64,000 bases of DNA. Origin: a bacterium. GTDB taxonomy: Bacteria; Zhuqueibacterota; Zhuqueibacteria; Residuimicrobiales; Krinioviventaceae. Below the pieces are notes generated by a model. The model was not told where the DNA came from and did not search any database. It saw only the letters and a program-made list of their open reading frames with translations. This document shows, piece after piece, positions 62,627-64,000 of this stretch. Where the stretch lies: NCBI GenBank assembly GCA_963675755.2, contig CAXXMD010000002.1, positions 864,001 through 928,000 of the forward strand, given 5' to 3'. Position 1 is the stretch's first letter; the number at the start of each line of letters is the position of its first letter. The position numbers and the translations under genes are program-made.

Positions 62627-64000
62627 TTATTCATCAAAAGTATATTTTACATTTAAATTTCTTGCTGCAAGTGCTTCATTTAATCGCGAAACACGTGTAG
62701 TATGTGGAGCGTTTTTTAACAGTTCGGGATTTTCTTCAACTTCATTTGCAATCTGAATCAATATATTGGCAAAATGCTCAATTGAACGCTTACTTTCAGT
62801 TTCTGTAGGCTCTATCATCAATGCTTCAGAAACAATCAATGGAAAGTAAACTGTAGGTGCATGCACACCAAAATCAAGAAGACGTTTAGCAATATCCAAT
62901 GTTTTAACACCCTTGGCTTTTTGTCTGTCACCAGATAAAACAAATTCATGCATGGTTTTTGATTTATATGGCAATTCATAATAATCCTTAACCAGTGACA
63001 ACAGGTAATTGGCGTTTATAATTGCCCATTCTCCTACCTGGCGTAAACCTTTGGCACCTAACATTCGAATATATGTATATGCCCTTACAATAACTGCAAA
63101 ATTACCATAAAAAGTACAAACCTTGCCTATTGAATTTTCCAAATCACAATATAAAGTATATTGATCATTTTCTTTTTTAATACAAGGTTTAGGCAAAAAG
63201 TCTACTACTTTGGCTGAAACACCTACTGGGCCTGAACCAGGTCCGCCGCCACCATGTGGTGTTGAAAAGGTTTTATGCAGATTAAAATGAACAACATCAA
63301 AACCCAAATCACCAGGGCGTACAATACCCAGCAAAGCATTAAGATTTGCTCCATCCATATACATCAATGCACCAATATCATGAAGCATTTTAGAAATCTT
63401 GTCTACTTGTGTTTCAAAAATCCCCAAAGTATTAGGGTTGGTCAACATAAAAGCTGCAACATCATCATTCAATTTAGATTCAAGGTCTGCTAAATCTACA
63501 AGTCCATCTGCATTGGATTTTATAGATACAGACTCATAACCAGCAATTGTAACACTGGCAGGATTGGTTCCATGAGCAGAATCCGGAATTAATACATATT
63601 TACGGGGTTTACCTTGTGATTCATGATATTTTCGAATCATCATCAAACCAGCCAACTCTCCATGGGCACCTGCTGAGGGTTGCAATGAAACGGCTTGTAA
63701 TCCGGAAACATTACAAAGATATTCTGACATCTCGGATAATAATTTCAAAGCACCCTGAATTGTAGATTCAGGCTGTAACGGATGCAATGACTGAAATCCA
63801 GGCAATGCCTGCATATCTTCATTGATCTTGGGATTATATTTCATTGTACATGAACCAAGCGGATAAAAGTCCTTATCAACATGATGATTCAATGTAGAAA
63901 GATTAACAAAATGTCGAACAACCTCTGGTTCACTTACTTCAGGTAAACGCGCCGGAGATTTTCTTAAAAAACTGTTTGGAATCAACTCTGAATTAGGTCG
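62627..64000 (-). CDS. gcvPB: Glycine dehydrogenase subunit 2, 5' end outside the window
   Basis: [40 protein letters not shown] (PLP Lys), MIEPTETE. Confidence 0.96.
   Translation of the reverse strand, partial: RPNSELIPNSFLRKSPARLPEVSEPEVVRHFVNLSTLNHHVDKDFYPLGSCTMKYNPKINEDMQALPGFQSLHPLQPESTIQGALKLLSEMSEYLCNVSGLQAVSLQPSAGAHGELAGLMMIRKYHESQGKPRKYVLIPDSAHGTNPASVTIAGYESVSIKSNADGLVDLADLESKLNDDVAAFMLTNPNTLGIFETQVDKISKMLHDIGALMYMDGANLNALLGIVRPGDLGFDVVHFNLHKTFSTPHGGGGPGSGPVGVSAKVVDFLPKPCIKKENDQYTLYCDLENSIGKVCTFYGNFAVIVRAYTYIRMLGAKGLRQVGEWAIINANYLLSLVKDYYELPYKSKTMHEFVLSGDRQKAKGVKTLDIAKRLLDFGVHAPTVYFPLIVSEALMIEPTETESKRSIEHFANILIQIANEVEENPELLKNAPHTTRVSRLNEALAARNLNVKYTFDE

Noticed and set aside
1012-63493. 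Many 60-180 aa ORFs antisense to or overlapping real genes
   Set aside because: Shadow ORFs with no recognisable motifs, lying over well-supported genes.

Overview
AT-rich bacterial chromosomal segment, mostly housekeeping and cell-envelope genes, most of them on the minus strand. The gene content (PorV-family barrel, a T9SS/FlgD-type C-terminal-domain protein, an Omp85 fusion, DUF4321, the purB-purC-psd-pssA order) suggests a diderm of the FCB group such as KSB1 or Calditrichota; this is inference. No rRNA, tRNA, CRISPR array, transposase, integrase or prophage gene was seen. Blocks from left to right: pbpC and alpha-2-macroglobulin; a long minus-strand run with a glucuronyl C5-epimerase, GT4, M23, flippase, dinB and ttcA; sod; a TPR, plug-poor TonB-receptor-like, exbBD, tonB operon; a porV, M6-like CTD protein, peptidase/beta-propeller/Omp85, two paralogous membrane proteins, amj operon; gcvPA/H, accCB, efp, gatBA and two tatA; an indel-riddled stretch at about 49.0-54.4 kb (probably sequence error); ecfT; OPT, PqqD/RRE and a degenerate M29 peptidase; a REC-GGDEF, kinase, REC signalling trio; gcvPB. 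The best novel candidate is an unannotated leader of about 200 nt upstream of porV (40796-41031, minus) with a promoter, a long hairpin and mutually exclusive antiterminator and terminator helices, i.e. a riboswitch or attenuator-like element. Several apparent pseudoenzymes (PurC, M6, M29, a His-less DHp) and an orphan microprotein ending in a beta-clamp-like motif also stand out. All family and motif assignments are by eye, not from database searches.
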